A DNA stretch of 64,000 nucleotides from Defluviicoccus sp. (lineage in GTDB: Bacteria; Pseudomonadota; Alphaproteobacteria; MPNO01), in the NCBI GenBank assembly GCA_022823775.1, contig JAJEHI010000062.1, positions 1,851 through 65,850 of the forward strand, read 5' to 3'. Below are positions 1 through 8,719 of this stretch, piece by piece. Both the position numbers and the translations under genes were made by a program. Every line of letters starts with the position of its first letter. Positions within the stretch are counted from its first letter, which is position 1. The notes beneath the pieces are model-generated. The model made no database searches. It was not told the DNA's origin and saw only the letters and a list, made by a program, of their open reading frames with translations.

Positions 1-753
1 GTCCGATTTTTCGATCGTGCCGGGAATCAGGTTCATCGACGGGCTGCCGAAGAAATCGGCGACGAACAGCGAGACCGGATCGCTGTAGATCTCCAGCGGC
101 GTGCCTACCTGCTCGATTTCGCCCGCGCGCATGACCACGATGCGGTCCGCGAGCGTCATCGCCTCTTCCTGGTCGTGGGTGACGTAGATGAAGGTCTTGC
201 CGAGTTCCTGATGGAGCCGGTCGACCTCTGCACGCATCTCGCGCCTGAGCTTGGCGTCCAGGCTCGACAGCGGTTCGTCGAGGAGAAAGGTATCGGGCTC
301 GGTGATCAGTGTCCGCGCGAGCGCGACGCGTTGGGATTCACCGCCCGAGCACTGGCCCGGCATCTTATCGAGCAGGTGGGCGATCCGGACCATTTCGGCC
401 ACCTCCCGTACGCGTCGGCGGCGGGTCTCGGGTTCGATCTTCTGCATCCTGGGGCCGAACTCGATGTTCTGAGCCACCGTCTTGTGCGGGAACAGCGCAT
501 GGCTCTGAAACACCATGCCCAGGTTGCGGTCGCCCGGTTCCAGCTCGTTGACCGTGGCGCCGTCCATCCGGATCTCCCCCGAACTCGGGTCCTCGAAACC
601 CGCGATCATCCGGAGCGTCGTCGTCTTGCCGCAGCCGGAGGGGCCGACCATGACCAGGAACTCGCCGTCCTCGATGGTCAGGCTGAGGTCCTTGACGGCG
701 ACAACCGAACGGCCGAACTCCTTGCGCAGGTTTTGCAGTTCGATGCGTGCCAC
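1..753 (-). CDS. ABC transporter ATP-binding protein (PotA/MalK-like), partial; C-terminus lies beyond the window start
   Basis: Reverse-strand translation from a GTG at about 753 reads VARIELQNLRKEFG...GPSGCGKTT (Walker A), LSGGESQRVALARTL (ABC signature) and FLLDEPLS (Walker B). The plus-strand ORF 175..783 in the track is its antisense shadow. Confidence 0.85.
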   Translation of the reverse strand, partial: MARIELQNLRKEFGRSVVAVKDLSLTIEDGEFLVMVGPSGCGKTTTLRMIAGFEDPSSGEIRMDGATVNELEPGDRNLGMVFQSHALFPHKTVAQNIEFGPRMQKIEPETRRRRVREVAEMVRIAHLLDKMPGQCSGGESQRVALARTLITEPDTFLLDEPLSSLDAKLRREMRAEVDRLHQELGKTFIYVTHDQEEAMTLADRIVVMRAGEIEQVGTPLEIYSDPVSLFVADFFGSPSMNLIPGTIEKSD

Positions 754-757
754 GTCG

Positions 758-1639
758 CTACCTTCTCACCATGCCGAAGCTGAACCCGCGCGCCAGATGC
801 TTGCGGATGAAGACGCCGATAATCACCAGCGGGATGGTGACCCCGACGGCGAGCGCCGCCTGCCGTCCGTAGACCCGCCCCTCGGTCGACCCCTCGTATT
901 TGCTGAGCTCGACGGGCAGCGTCACCACCTCGGTCTTGGACAGGATCAGGGCGAGCAGGTACTCGCTCCAGGTCAGGATCAGGATGAACAAGAAAGTGGC
1001 TACCAGCCCTGAACGGACCAGCGGCAGCACCACCTCCCAGATGGTTCGCCAGCGGCTCGCGCCCAGGATCATCGCCGCTTGCTCGACCTCGCGCGGCACC
1101 TCGTCGATGAAGCTCTTGGTCATCCACACCGCATAGGGAAGCGTGGTCAGGAAGTAGACGATTACAAGCCCGATTACGGTATCCAGCAGACCGAGCGTCG
1201 AGTAGTAGAGCGAGAGCGGCGCCACCACGACGATGGGCGGGACCATGCGCAGCATCAGGAGCTGAAACATGCGCGTTTCGGACAATATCCGGTATCGCGA
1301 CACGCCATAGGCCAGGATGGCCCCGAAACCCACGGCCAGGAAGGTGGAGGTGAGCGAGATGATCAGGCTGTTCCGGAGCGCAATCCAGGGCTTTTGCAGC
1401 GACTTGATGTATTGGGTGTCCTCGTATTCGGAATAGTCGGTCCAGACATTGAGGTAGTTGTTCAAGGTCGGTTCCTGCGACCAGTAGACCGGCGGCCACG
1501 CAAACCACTCGTGATCCGGCTTGAACGAGGTCGAGATTACCCAGAACATCGGGAACGCGACGATCAACAGCCATATCACCAGTATCGTGTAGCGTCCGAC
1601 CTCGAAGACGGTCTTCTTCCGTGCGCGGGACATCGCCAT
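758..1639 (-). CDS. ABC transporter permease (PotC-like inner-membrane component)
   Basis: 293-aa polytopic membrane protein carrying the binding-protein-dependent transport motif region (EAAMILGASRWRTIWEVVLP). It abuts the ATPase gene by 5 nt. Confidence 0.9.
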   Translation of the reverse strand: MAMSRARKKTVFEVGRYTILVIWLLIVAFPMFWVISTSFKPDHEWFAWPPVYWSQEPTLNNYLNVWTDYSEYEDTQYIKSLQKPWIALRNSLIISLTSTFLAVGFGAILAYGVSRYRILSETRMFQLLMLRMVPPIVVVAPLSLYYSTLGLLDTVIGLVIVYFLTTLPYAVWMTKSFIDEVPREVEQAAMILGASRWRTIWEVVLPLVRSGLVATFLFILILTWSEYLLALILSKTEVVTLPVELSKYEGSTEGRVYGRQAALAVGVTIPLVIIGVFIRKHLARGFSFGMVRR

Positions 1640-1642
1640 CGA

Positions 1643-2629
1643 TCAGCCCGCCCTGTCCTCGTCGGCGGCGCCGTACATCTCGTCCAGCGCGCGCTTCTCG
1701 CGCCTCAGGAAATAGATCGCCGCCAGCACGATCGCGATCATGATCATCATCACCACGTAGGACATGGCGGCGCCCTTGGAGACCTCGAAGTACTGCCAGG
1801 TGGTGATGTAGAGGTAGATCGGGATGGTCTCGGTCGCCGAGCCGGGCCCCCCTTGGAACAGGGACCACGCCTTGGGGAACTCGGCCATGGCCTCGAGGAA
1901 CCGCAGGATGATCGCGAGGATGATCACCGGCCTGAGCAGCGGCAGCTGGATCTCAAGGAATATCCGCCACTTCGACGCGCCCAGTATCTGGGCCGCTTCC
2001 TGCGGCTCCTTGGGCAGGGATGCGAGGCCCGCGATCATGATGATGAAGGAGAACGGGACCCAGTTCCAGATTTCGAGCAGCATGACCGTGGTCAGCGCCA
2101 TCCTCGCGTTGGCGAGCCAGATGACGTTGACGTCCTGACCCGAGATCCAGCTCAGCACGTCATTCAGCGGACCTTTCTGGTAGAGCAGCATCTCGCCGGT
2201 ATAGGCGATCACGATCGGCACGGTGAGCATGGGAAGGATGAACACGATGTAGAACAGCGCCTGGCCGCGGAACGGCCGGTACATCAGCAGCGCCAGACCG
2301 AAGCCGATCACGAAGCAGCCGAGGGTCGAGCCGGCCGCGAACAGCACCGAACGCACGATCGCGATACCCAGCCTGGGATCGGTAACCACCTCCTCGAAGA
2401 TCTCCAGCCCGGCGAATTCGGCGTCCCACCAGCTTCCCAGGTAGATCGAAAAGTCGTGGAACGAGAAATAGAGCTGCAGGAACAGCACCGGGCCGAGTAC
2501 GCCGACCATCAGGGCGATGAACACGCTCAGCACCGACCACTTGAAGCGGCGGACGGCGCGGGCCTGAGTCATCTCGCGCTTGCCGGCCCTGATCTCGCCA
2601 GGAATTGCGGCCGCTGCCTCGGTCGCCAT
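1643..2629 (-). CDS. ABC transporter permease (PotB-like)
   Basis: 328-aa membrane protein with an EAAQILGASKWRIFLEIQLP permease motif. It overlaps the start of the downstream permease by 4 nt. Confidence 0.9.
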   Translation of the reverse strand: MATEAAAAIPGEIRAGKREMTQARAVRRFKWSVLSVFIALMVGVLGPVLFLQLYFSFHDFSIYLGSWWDAEFAGLEIFEEVVTDPRLGIAIVRSVLFAAGSTLGCFVIGFGLALLMYRPFRGQALFYIVFILPMLTVPIVIAYTGEMLLYQKGPLNDVLSWISGQDVNVIWLANARMALTTVMLLEIWNWVPFSFIIMIAGLASLPKEPQEAAQILGASKWRIFLEIQLPLLRPVIILAIILRFLEAMAEFPKAWSLFQGGPGSATETIPIYLYITTWQYFEVSKGAAMSYVVMMIMIAIVLAAIYFLRREKRALDEMYGAADEDRAG

Positions 2630-2700
2630 CTAGCTCTGCCCCTAAAGCGATTGGAGGCGCGCGGCGGCGCGCCTCCAACGGCTTCGAGACCCTACCCGGA

Positions 2701-4140
2701 TCAGGTCGGAACGTCGACCTTGGGGAAGACAGCCTTGTAGCTTCCGAGCTCCTTCTTGAGCCGGCGCTTGCCGATCCGCTTGACGATTTTCGCCCACGCT
2801 TCCTCGGTGTCCTTCAGCACGCGGTCGGCCTTCTTCTGTCCGACATACGCCTCTGACAGGTTCTTGGCGAGCTGGTCCTGGAACTCCAGGTAGCCGGTCA
2901 GGTAGATCGGCGGCGAGGCGACCTTGAGGCTGGTCTCGATCGCGGCGATGCCGCCCGGCGTATAGGCCGTCTTGACCGCGTCCGAGGTCATGTGCCCGGT
3001 GTGCCACGGATCGTGGAACGTGTTGACCCGGTCGGCGACGATTTCCTCGGAGTTCTTGAGCGAACCCCACCACATCGCCATATAGGCCGCCTTCTCCTTG
3101 TTCTTGGAATACTTGTTGACGAGGATCGCGCCTAGCGGCGAGGAGATCGCTCGGTGGATCAGCTTGCCCGAGAACTTCGAGCCGGGCGCCAGACTGTAAT
3201 GCCACTTGCCCGCGGTCTTCGACTTCTTGGGGTTCTCGTTGAGCGCGATGATGCCGTCCCAGTACTGGCAGGCGAACGCCTTGCCGGTTGTGATCCGCGG
3301 GATCATCTGCGGCGTGCCCCAGCCCGGCGCCTCGGGGTGGGAGACCTTCTTGATGTTGAGATAGGTCTCGACCGCGTAGCGCCCCGCCGGCGTGTCGAGC
3401 GTCGGGTTCATGTCGTCGTCGAACGGGAAACCGCCCGCCGAGTAGAAATACATGTACCACCAGGTCACGCCGTTGGCGCGGTTGCGCAGATTGGCCGAAC
3501 CCCACAGCTCCTGGTCCGGACGGTGGAAGAACTCCATCAACTGCTGGTCGTCTTCCCAGGTCACCGGATAGGCGAGCTTCTTGCCGTGCTTGTCCTCGAA
3601 CCGCTTCTGCTCGTCGGGGTTCTCCATCAGGTCCTTGCGGGTGAACTGGACATGGACGTTGCCGTCGGTCGGGACGCCGTAGGTGTTGCCCTTGTAGCGC
3701 ATGAAATTGCCGTAGGTCCCGACAGCGTCGATCGAGAAATCGGCCTTCTTCATGTACCCGTCCAGCGGCTCGAGAAGGCCGGCCGAGGCGAGCGAGGGAA
3801 TCATGTTGGAGTCGACGTGGAAGAAATCGAACTCCGGCGAGCGCGACAGGGCCTCGGCCATCGCACGCTGCGGGATAACGAAGATCGAAATGTCCTGGAT
3901 GCTGCCGACGCCGATCCCGGTCGCCTGCTTGAACCGCTCCATCGAGGGTGTCATGGCGACGTAGTAGTTCGACCAGATCATGCCTTTCAGGTCGCCCCCG
4001 CCCGCGCCCTTGGCGGCGGCGATGATCTTCTCGTTCTCGGTAGCGCCCCAGGCGAGCCCCGGAATGCCGACCGGCAGCGCGGACAGCGAGGCGACGGTCA
4101 AACCGCCCTTGACGACATCTCGCCTTGAAAACTTGCTCAT
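2701..4140 (-). CDS. ABC transporter substrate-binding protein (family 1 extracellular solute-binding protein) with Tat-type signal peptide
   Basis: N-terminus MSKFSRRDVVKGGLTVASLSALPVG has a twin-arginine motif. The 479-aa periplasmic-binding fold lies upstream of two permeases and an ATPase on the same strand. Confidence 0.85.
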   Translation of the reverse strand: MSKFSRRDVVKGGLTVASLSALPVGIPGLAWGATENEKIIAAAKGAGGGDLKGMIWSNYYVAMTPSMERFKQATGIGVGSIQDISIFVIPQRAMAEALSRSPEFDFFHVDSNMIPSLASAGLLEPLDGYMKKADFSIDAVGTYGNFMRYKGNTYGVPTDGNVHVQFTRKDLMENPDEQKRFEDKHGKKLAYPVTWEDDQQLMEFFHRPDQELWGSANLRNRANGVTWWYMYFYSAGGFPFDDDMNPTLDTPAGRYAVETYLNIKKVSHPEAPGWGTPQMIPRITTGKAFACQYWDGIIALNENPKKSKTAGKWHYSLAPGSKFSGKLIHRAISSPLGAILVNKYSKNKEKAAYMAMWWGSLKNSEEIVADRVNTFHDPWHTGHMTSDAVKTAYTPGGIAAIETSLKVASPPIYLTGYLEFQDQLAKNLSEAYVGQKKADRVLKDTEEAWAKIVKRIGKRRLKKELGSYKAVFPKVDVPT

Positions 4141-4292
4141 TCGGTGGACCTCCCCTGATCCTTGATACGACCCAGCGGGTTCATTCTTCGGACTTGCAAG
4201 CTAACGAAATCCCGGAGGCCGAACAAGAGAATTGCACTTTTGGAAAAATTCGTGAGATTGGAAAAAACAAACCGGTGGAAAAGGGGTACGGA
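4141..4292. promoter_or_regulatory. Low-GC divergent intergenic region between the binding-protein gene and the coxM-like gene; contains three TGGAAAA direct repeats
   Basis: TGGAAAA occurs at about 4241, 4260 and 4276. The run aaaggggtac gga ATG provides an RBS for the coxM-like gene. Confidence 0.3.
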
Positions 4293-5159
4293 ATGAAGTC
4301 TGCGCCGTTCGCCTATCACGATCCGACGACCGTCCACGAGCTGATGGGCCTGTTGGCGGACAAGGAGAACGCCAAGCTGCTGGCCGGAGGTCAGTCGCTG
4401 ATGCCGATGCTCAACATGCGCTACGCGATGCCCGACCATGTGATCGACCTGAACGGTGTCGCGTCGCTCGCAGGGATCGTGGAAACCGACGATGCGATCG
4501 AAATCGGGGCGATGACCCGCCAGTGCGATCTGATGGCGGCCGCTCCGGCCAACGACCGCTTCCCCATTCTCGCGGAGGCGCTGACCCAGGTCGGTCATTT
4601 CCAGACTCGCAACCGCGGGACCGTGGGAGGCAGCCTGTGCCACCTCGATCCTTCGGCCGAGCTGCCCTGCATCGCCGCGGCCACCGACGCGCGTCTCGCG
4701 ATCCGCGGCCCACGCGGGGAGCGCGAGATCGCGATGGCGGACTGGCCACTCGCCTACATGACGCCCAACCTCGAGGCGGACGAAGCGCTGATCGGTATCC
4801 GTTTGCCCAAGCGCACGGCGCTCGCCGGTCAGGCCTTCCTGGAGTTCGCCCGACGTCATGGCGACTTCGCCATCGCGGGCGTGGCGGCAATGGTCTCGCT
4901 AGAAGGGGAAACGATCGAAGGCGCCTCTATCGCGGTGGCTGGCGTGGGCTCGCATCCGATCCGCCTCCGAGAGGTGGAAGCGGCGCTCGAAGGCGAACCG
5001 GCGAACGAAGCGACGTTCAAGGCGGCGGCCAGGGAAGCGCGCGGTATCGAAGCGATGAGCGATGCCTATGTCAGCGGCAAATATCGACAGCGCCTGACCG
5101 GGGTGTTGGTGGAACGCGCGCTCACGAAGGCGGCGGCAAGGGCTCGGGAGGCCGCGTAA
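4293..5159 (+). CDS. Xanthine dehydrogenase family FAD-binding subunit (CoxM/CutM-like medium subunit)
   Basis: From MKSAPFAYHDPTTVHELMGLLAD the protein shows an FAD-binding PCMH-type domain (AGGQSLMPMLNMR, TVGGSLCH). The ATG at 4293 is in frame with track ORF 4125 and is preceded by AAAGGGG. Confidence 0.85.
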   Translation: MKSAPFAYHDPTTVHELMGLLADKENAKLLAGGQSLMPMLNMRYAMPDHVIDLNGVASLAGIVETDDAIEIGAMTRQCDLMAAAPANDRFPILAEALTQVGHFQTRNRGTVGGSLCHLDPSAELPCIAAATDARLAIRGPRGEREIAMADWPLAYMTPNLEADEALIGIRLPKRTALAGQAFLEFARRHGDFAIAGVAAMVSLEGETIEGASIAVAGVGSHPIRLREVEAALEGEPANEATFKAAAREARGIEAMSDAYVSGKYRQRLTGVLVERALTKAAARAREAA

Positions 5160-5160
5160 C

Positions 5161-5652
5161 ATGAAGCACACTCACCGTATCTCACTCACCGTGAACGGCA
5201 GGCCCGTCGAGACCGAGGTCGAGGACCGGCTGCATCTGGCAGACTTTCTGCGCCGCGAGCTGAAGCTGACCGGCACCCATCTCGGCTGCGAGCACGGCGT
5301 CTGCGGCGCCTGCACCGTGCTGGTCGACGGGCGGGCGGTCCGGTCCTGCCTGATGCTGGCGGTCCAGGCGCGCGGATCGGACGTGACCACCGTGGAGGGG
5401 CTGGCAGCGGAGGACGGCACGCTTTCGCCGCTGCAGGAAGCGTTCCGCGAACACCACGCGCTGCAATGCGGGTTCTGCACGCCCGGCATGCTGACCTCGC
5501 TGACCGCCTTCCTGCGCGACAACCCGGCGCCGACTGACAGGGAGGTTCGCGAGGCGATTTCCGGGAATATCTGCCGCTGCACCGGCTATCAACCGATCGT
5601 CGCGGCCGCGCTCGCCGCGACCGGAGACGAGGCGATCGAAGGGGAGAACTGA
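5161..5652 (+). CDS. (2Fe-2S)-binding small subunit of a molybdenum hydroxylase (CoxS-like)
   Basis: Two cysteine clusters are present: CEHGVCGACTV and CGFCTPGM...CRCTGY. The 163-aa protein starts 2 nt after the medium-subunit stop. Confidence 0.9.
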   Translation: MKHTHRISLTVNGRPVETEVEDRLHLADFLRRELKLTGTHLGCEHGVCGACTVLVDGRAVRSCLMLAVQARGSDVTTVEGLAAEDGTLSPLQEAFREHHALQCGFCTPGMLTSLTAFLRDNPAPTDREVREAISGNICRCTGYQPIVAAALAATGDEAIEGEN

Positions 5653-5655
5653 GGA

Positions 5656-8001
5656 ATGGGCGTTCGCTATTTCGGCGCCGAGGTGCGCCGGGTCGAGGAT
5701 CCGCGCCTTGTCACCGGCAAGGGGCGCTACGTGGACGACATCGAGTTGCCCGGCATGCTTGAAGCCGTGATGGTCAGATCGACCGAGGCGCATGCGCGAA
5801 TCCGTTCGATCGACGCGGCCGCCGCGAGGGCGCTGCCCGGCGTGCACGCCGTGTTCACCTTGCAGGACTTTCCGGCGGAATATCACGATCGGCCGATGGT
5901 CCAGCCCTACCCGGCGCCGGTCCTGCTCCAGCCTACCACCCAGCATCCGTTGGCGAGGGACGAGGTGTGCTTCGTAGGCCAGGCGATCGCGATCGTGGTC
6001 GCGGAAACGCGGCACATAGCGGAAGATGCGGCGGGTCTCGTCGCCGTCGATTACGAGCCGTTGCCCGCCGTGGTCGACTGCCGCGAAGCGGTCAAGACCG
6101 ATGCGCCGCTCGCACATGCCGGTTCCCCCGACAATATCGTGGCGCGTCTTCGCGTCGCGTTCGGCGAGGTGGAAACCGCCTTCGCCGATGCGGCGCATGT
6201 GTTCGAGGAGCGTTTTCTTCAGCATCGCGGCGGCTGCCACGCGATGGAATGCCGCGGCGTCATCGCCGAGGACCGTCCCCTTCACGACGGACTGACGATC
6301 GTCTCGGCCACCCAATGCCCGTATCTCGTGCGCCGCAACGTCGCCGCCTATCTGGGCCGAGACGAAGGTCGGGTGAGGGTCGTCGCGCCCGACGTCGGCG
6401 GCGGGTTCGGGCCCAAGGCGGGCGTTTATGCCGAGGAAATCGTCGTTCCCCTGGCGGCTGCCGCGCTGGGGCGGCCGGTCAAGTGGATCGAGGACCGGCG
6501 CGAGCATTTCGTAACGACCAACACCCAGCGCGACCAGGAATGGACGCTCGAGGCGGCGGTTGACGCCGACGGCAAGCTGCTCGGCGTCCGGGGACGGGTC
6601 ATTCACGACAACGGGGCGTTCGTGCCCTACGGGCTGCTGCTGCCGATGACCTCGCTGACGCCGCTCCCCGGCCCTTACGCGGTGCCGGCGCTCGATGTCG
6701 CGATGGACGTGGTGTTCACGAATACCGCGCCGAATTCTCCTATCCGAGGCGCCGGCAGGCCGAACGCCGCCTTCGCGATGGAGCGCCTGATCGCCCGGGT
6801 CGCGCGGGAGCTCGATCTGGACCAGGCGGAAGTCCGGCGCCGCAACTACGTCCCGGCGGACGGGTTTCCATACGACACCGGGCAGAAGTTCCGGGACGGT
6901 TCGGCGATCAAGTACGACAGCGGCGATTTCGAAGGCTGCCTCGACAAGGTGGTCGAGCTTTCGGGCTATGCGGGCTTCGCCGAACGCCAGGCCGAGGCGC
7001 GGGCCGAGGGCCGTTACCTGGGGATCGGCGTTTCGAGTTGCATCGAGGATACGGGCGTGGGCCCGTACGAAGGGGCCACCGTCCGTGTGCAACCCGACGG
7101 CAAGGTGCAGATACAGACCGGCGCCGCGAGCCAGGGTCAGGGACACGAGACGATGCTGGCTCAGGTCTGTGCCGACCGGCTCGACGTTGCGCTGGAGGAT
7201 ATCTACGTCAGGGCCGCCGATACCGGTGCCTTCCCGCAGGGCGTGGGCACCATCGGCAGCCGGGTCGCGGTCAACGCCTCGACAGCGGTTTTCGATGCGG
7301 CGGAAAGCGTTCGGGACAAGGCGTTGCAACTTGCCGCCGAGCGGCTCGAGGCCTCGGTCGAGGATTTGGAAGTCGAGGACGGCGTAATCGGCGTCGCGGG
7401 CGTTCCGGAGATGAAGGTCACGTACGGGGAACTCGCGAAGCAGCTTGCGCCGATGGCGGGAGGCCCGCTGCCGAAAGGCTTCTCGCCGGGTCTCGAAGCG
7501 ACGTCCTACAGGACTTCCGAAGGTATGCCGACGGCTTCGGGTTCCAACATCGCCGAGGTCGAGGTCGATATAGGCACCGGCGAGGTGCGCGTGCTGCGCT
7601 ACTCGGTGGCGCACGATTGCGGGAAGATGATCAATCCGATGATGGTGGACGGGCAAATCGTGGGCGGCGTGGTCCACGGAATCGGCAACGCGTTGTTCGA
7701 GCGGCTGGTGTACGACGAGGCCGGGCAGCCGCTGAACAACAACTACGGCGAATATCTGCTGCCCATCGCCACCGAAATGCCTCCCATCGCGGTCACCCAC
7801 CAGGAAACGCCTTCTCCGTTCAACCCGCTCGGCATCAAGGGCGCCGGGGAAGGCGGCACGATCCCGGCGACGGCGGCGGTCGTGGCCGCGATCGAGAACG
7901 CGCTTGAGCCGTTCGACGTGGTCATCCGGTCCTATCCGGTGAGCCCTGAGGAGCTTTGCGACCTGATCGAGGGTGGCGGGGCTTCGGAGCGGTCCGCCTG
8001 A
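5656..8001 (+). CDS. Xanthine dehydrogenase family molybdopterin-binding large subunit (CoxL-like; AYRGAGR-type active-site loop, not a form I CO dehydrogenase)
   Basis: The 781-aa protein has the aldehyde oxidase/XDH a/b hammerhead and MoCo domains (DVGGGFGPKAG). Its active-site loop reads SPIRGAGRPNAAF. Confidence 0.9.
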   Translation: MGVRYFGAEVRRVEDPRLVTGKGRYVDDIELPGMLEAVMVRSTEAHARIRSIDAAAARALPGVHAVFTLQDFPAEYHDRPMVQPYPAPVLLQPTTQHPLARDEVCFVGQAIAIVVAETRHIAEDAAGLVAVDYEPLPAVVDCREAVKTDAPLAHAGSPDNIVARLRVAFGEVETAFADAAHVFEERFLQHRGGCHAMECRGVIAEDRPLHDGLTIVSATQCPYLVRRNVAAYLGRDEGRVRVVAPDVGGGFGPKAGVYAEEIVVPLAAAALGRPVKWIEDRREHFVTTNTQRDQEWTLEAAVDADGKLLGVRGRVIHDNGAFVPYGLLLPMTSLTPLPGPYAVPALDVAMDVVFTNTAPNSPIRGAGRPNAAFAMERLIARVARELDLDQAEVRRRNYVPADGFPYDTGQKFRDGSAIKYDSGDFEGCLDKVVELSGYAGFAERQAEARAEGRYLGIGVSSCIEDTGVGPYEGATVRVQPDGKVQIQTGAASQGQGHETMLAQVCADRLDVALEDIYVRAADTGAFPQGVGTIGSRVAVNASTAVFDAAESVRDKALQLAAERLEASVEDLEVEDGVIGVAGVPEMKVTYGELAKQLAPMAGGPLPKGFSPGLEATSYRTSEGMPTASGSNIAEVEVDIGTGEVRVLRYSVAHDCGKMINPMMVDGQIVGGVVHGIGNALFERLVYDEAGQPLNNNYGEYLLPIATEMPPIAVTHQETPSPFNPLGIKGAGEGGTIPATAAVVAAIENALEPFDVVIRSYPVSPEELCDLIEGGGASERSA

Positions 8002-8019
8002 GCGTGCGAGGCAGCCGCC

Positions 8020-8676
8020 CTACGACTTGCGGTTCAGGAGCGACTCCACCATCCGGGTGTTGTCGCTGCTGCTCTGCGCCGCGGGGCTGAGCCACACCAT
8101 CAGGATCTCTGCGTCCTCCTGGCTCAACGTCGTGTAGGTGTGGGCCATCTGGCTGTCCATGTAGAGGCTGTCGCCCTCTTCCAGCCTGACGGGCTCGTAA
8201 TGTTCCGTGTGGACCGCGACCGCGCCCTTCAGGACAAAGACGAACTCCTCGCCCGAATGGCTGATCATCCCGTCAGCGCTGTCGGGATCCCGGCTTCGGA
8301 CCCGTTCAACCATCGGCATCATGCGCTTGTGCTGGATGTTGGTGCACAAGGCCCAGATATCGTAACTCTGGGTCGTCCTGTACTTGGCGTCGCCGGCCCG
8401 GGTGACGGTCATCCGGGCCGAGCCGGACCGGTCCTCGCTGTCGATCGAGACGAGTCGGCCGAGGGGAATATCCAGCCCCTCAGCGAGCCGCATCAGGTTC
8501 GCGAAGGTCGGCGACACCTGGTCGTTCTCGATCTTCGAGATCGCCGAGATCGAAATCCCCGTGGCCTGGGACACTTCGGCGAGGGTCATGCCGAGATCCT
8601 TGCGGATCCGCCGGACCCGCGGACCCAGCGTTCCATCCGTGCGCGCCGCGACGGGCCGTGTTCCGTCCCCTTCCAT
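8020..8676 (-). CDS. XRE-family transcriptional regulator with C-terminal cupin domain (PuuR-like architecture)
   Basis: An N-terminal HTH_3 (LGPRVRRIRKDLGMTLAEVSQATGISISAISKIEN) is followed by a cupin region (EFVFVLKGAVAVH...GDSLYMDSQMAHT). Confidence 0.8.
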   Translation of the reverse strand: MEGDGTRPVAARTDGTLGPRVRRIRKDLGMTLAEVSQATGISISAISKIENDQVSPTFANLMRLAEGLDIPLGRLVSIDSEDRSGSARMTVTRAGDAKYRTTQSYDIWALCTNIQHKRMMPMVERVRSRDPDSADGMISHSGEEFVFVLKGAVAVHTEHYEPVRLEEGDSLYMDSQMAHTYTTLSQEDAEILMVWLSPAAQSSSDNTRMVESLLNRKS

Positions 8677-8719
8677 CTCTTCTGATTAGGCGCTGCGACG
8701 CGGAATGTCCACGGTCCGG

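Noticed and set aside
4293-8001. Annotating the coxMSL-like genes as aerobic carbon monoxide dehydrogenase
   Set aside because: The large subunit has PIRGAGR rather than the VAYRCSFR active-site loop, and no CO-dehydrogenase maturation genes follow. The generic xanthine-dehydrogenase-family hydroxylase call is safer.
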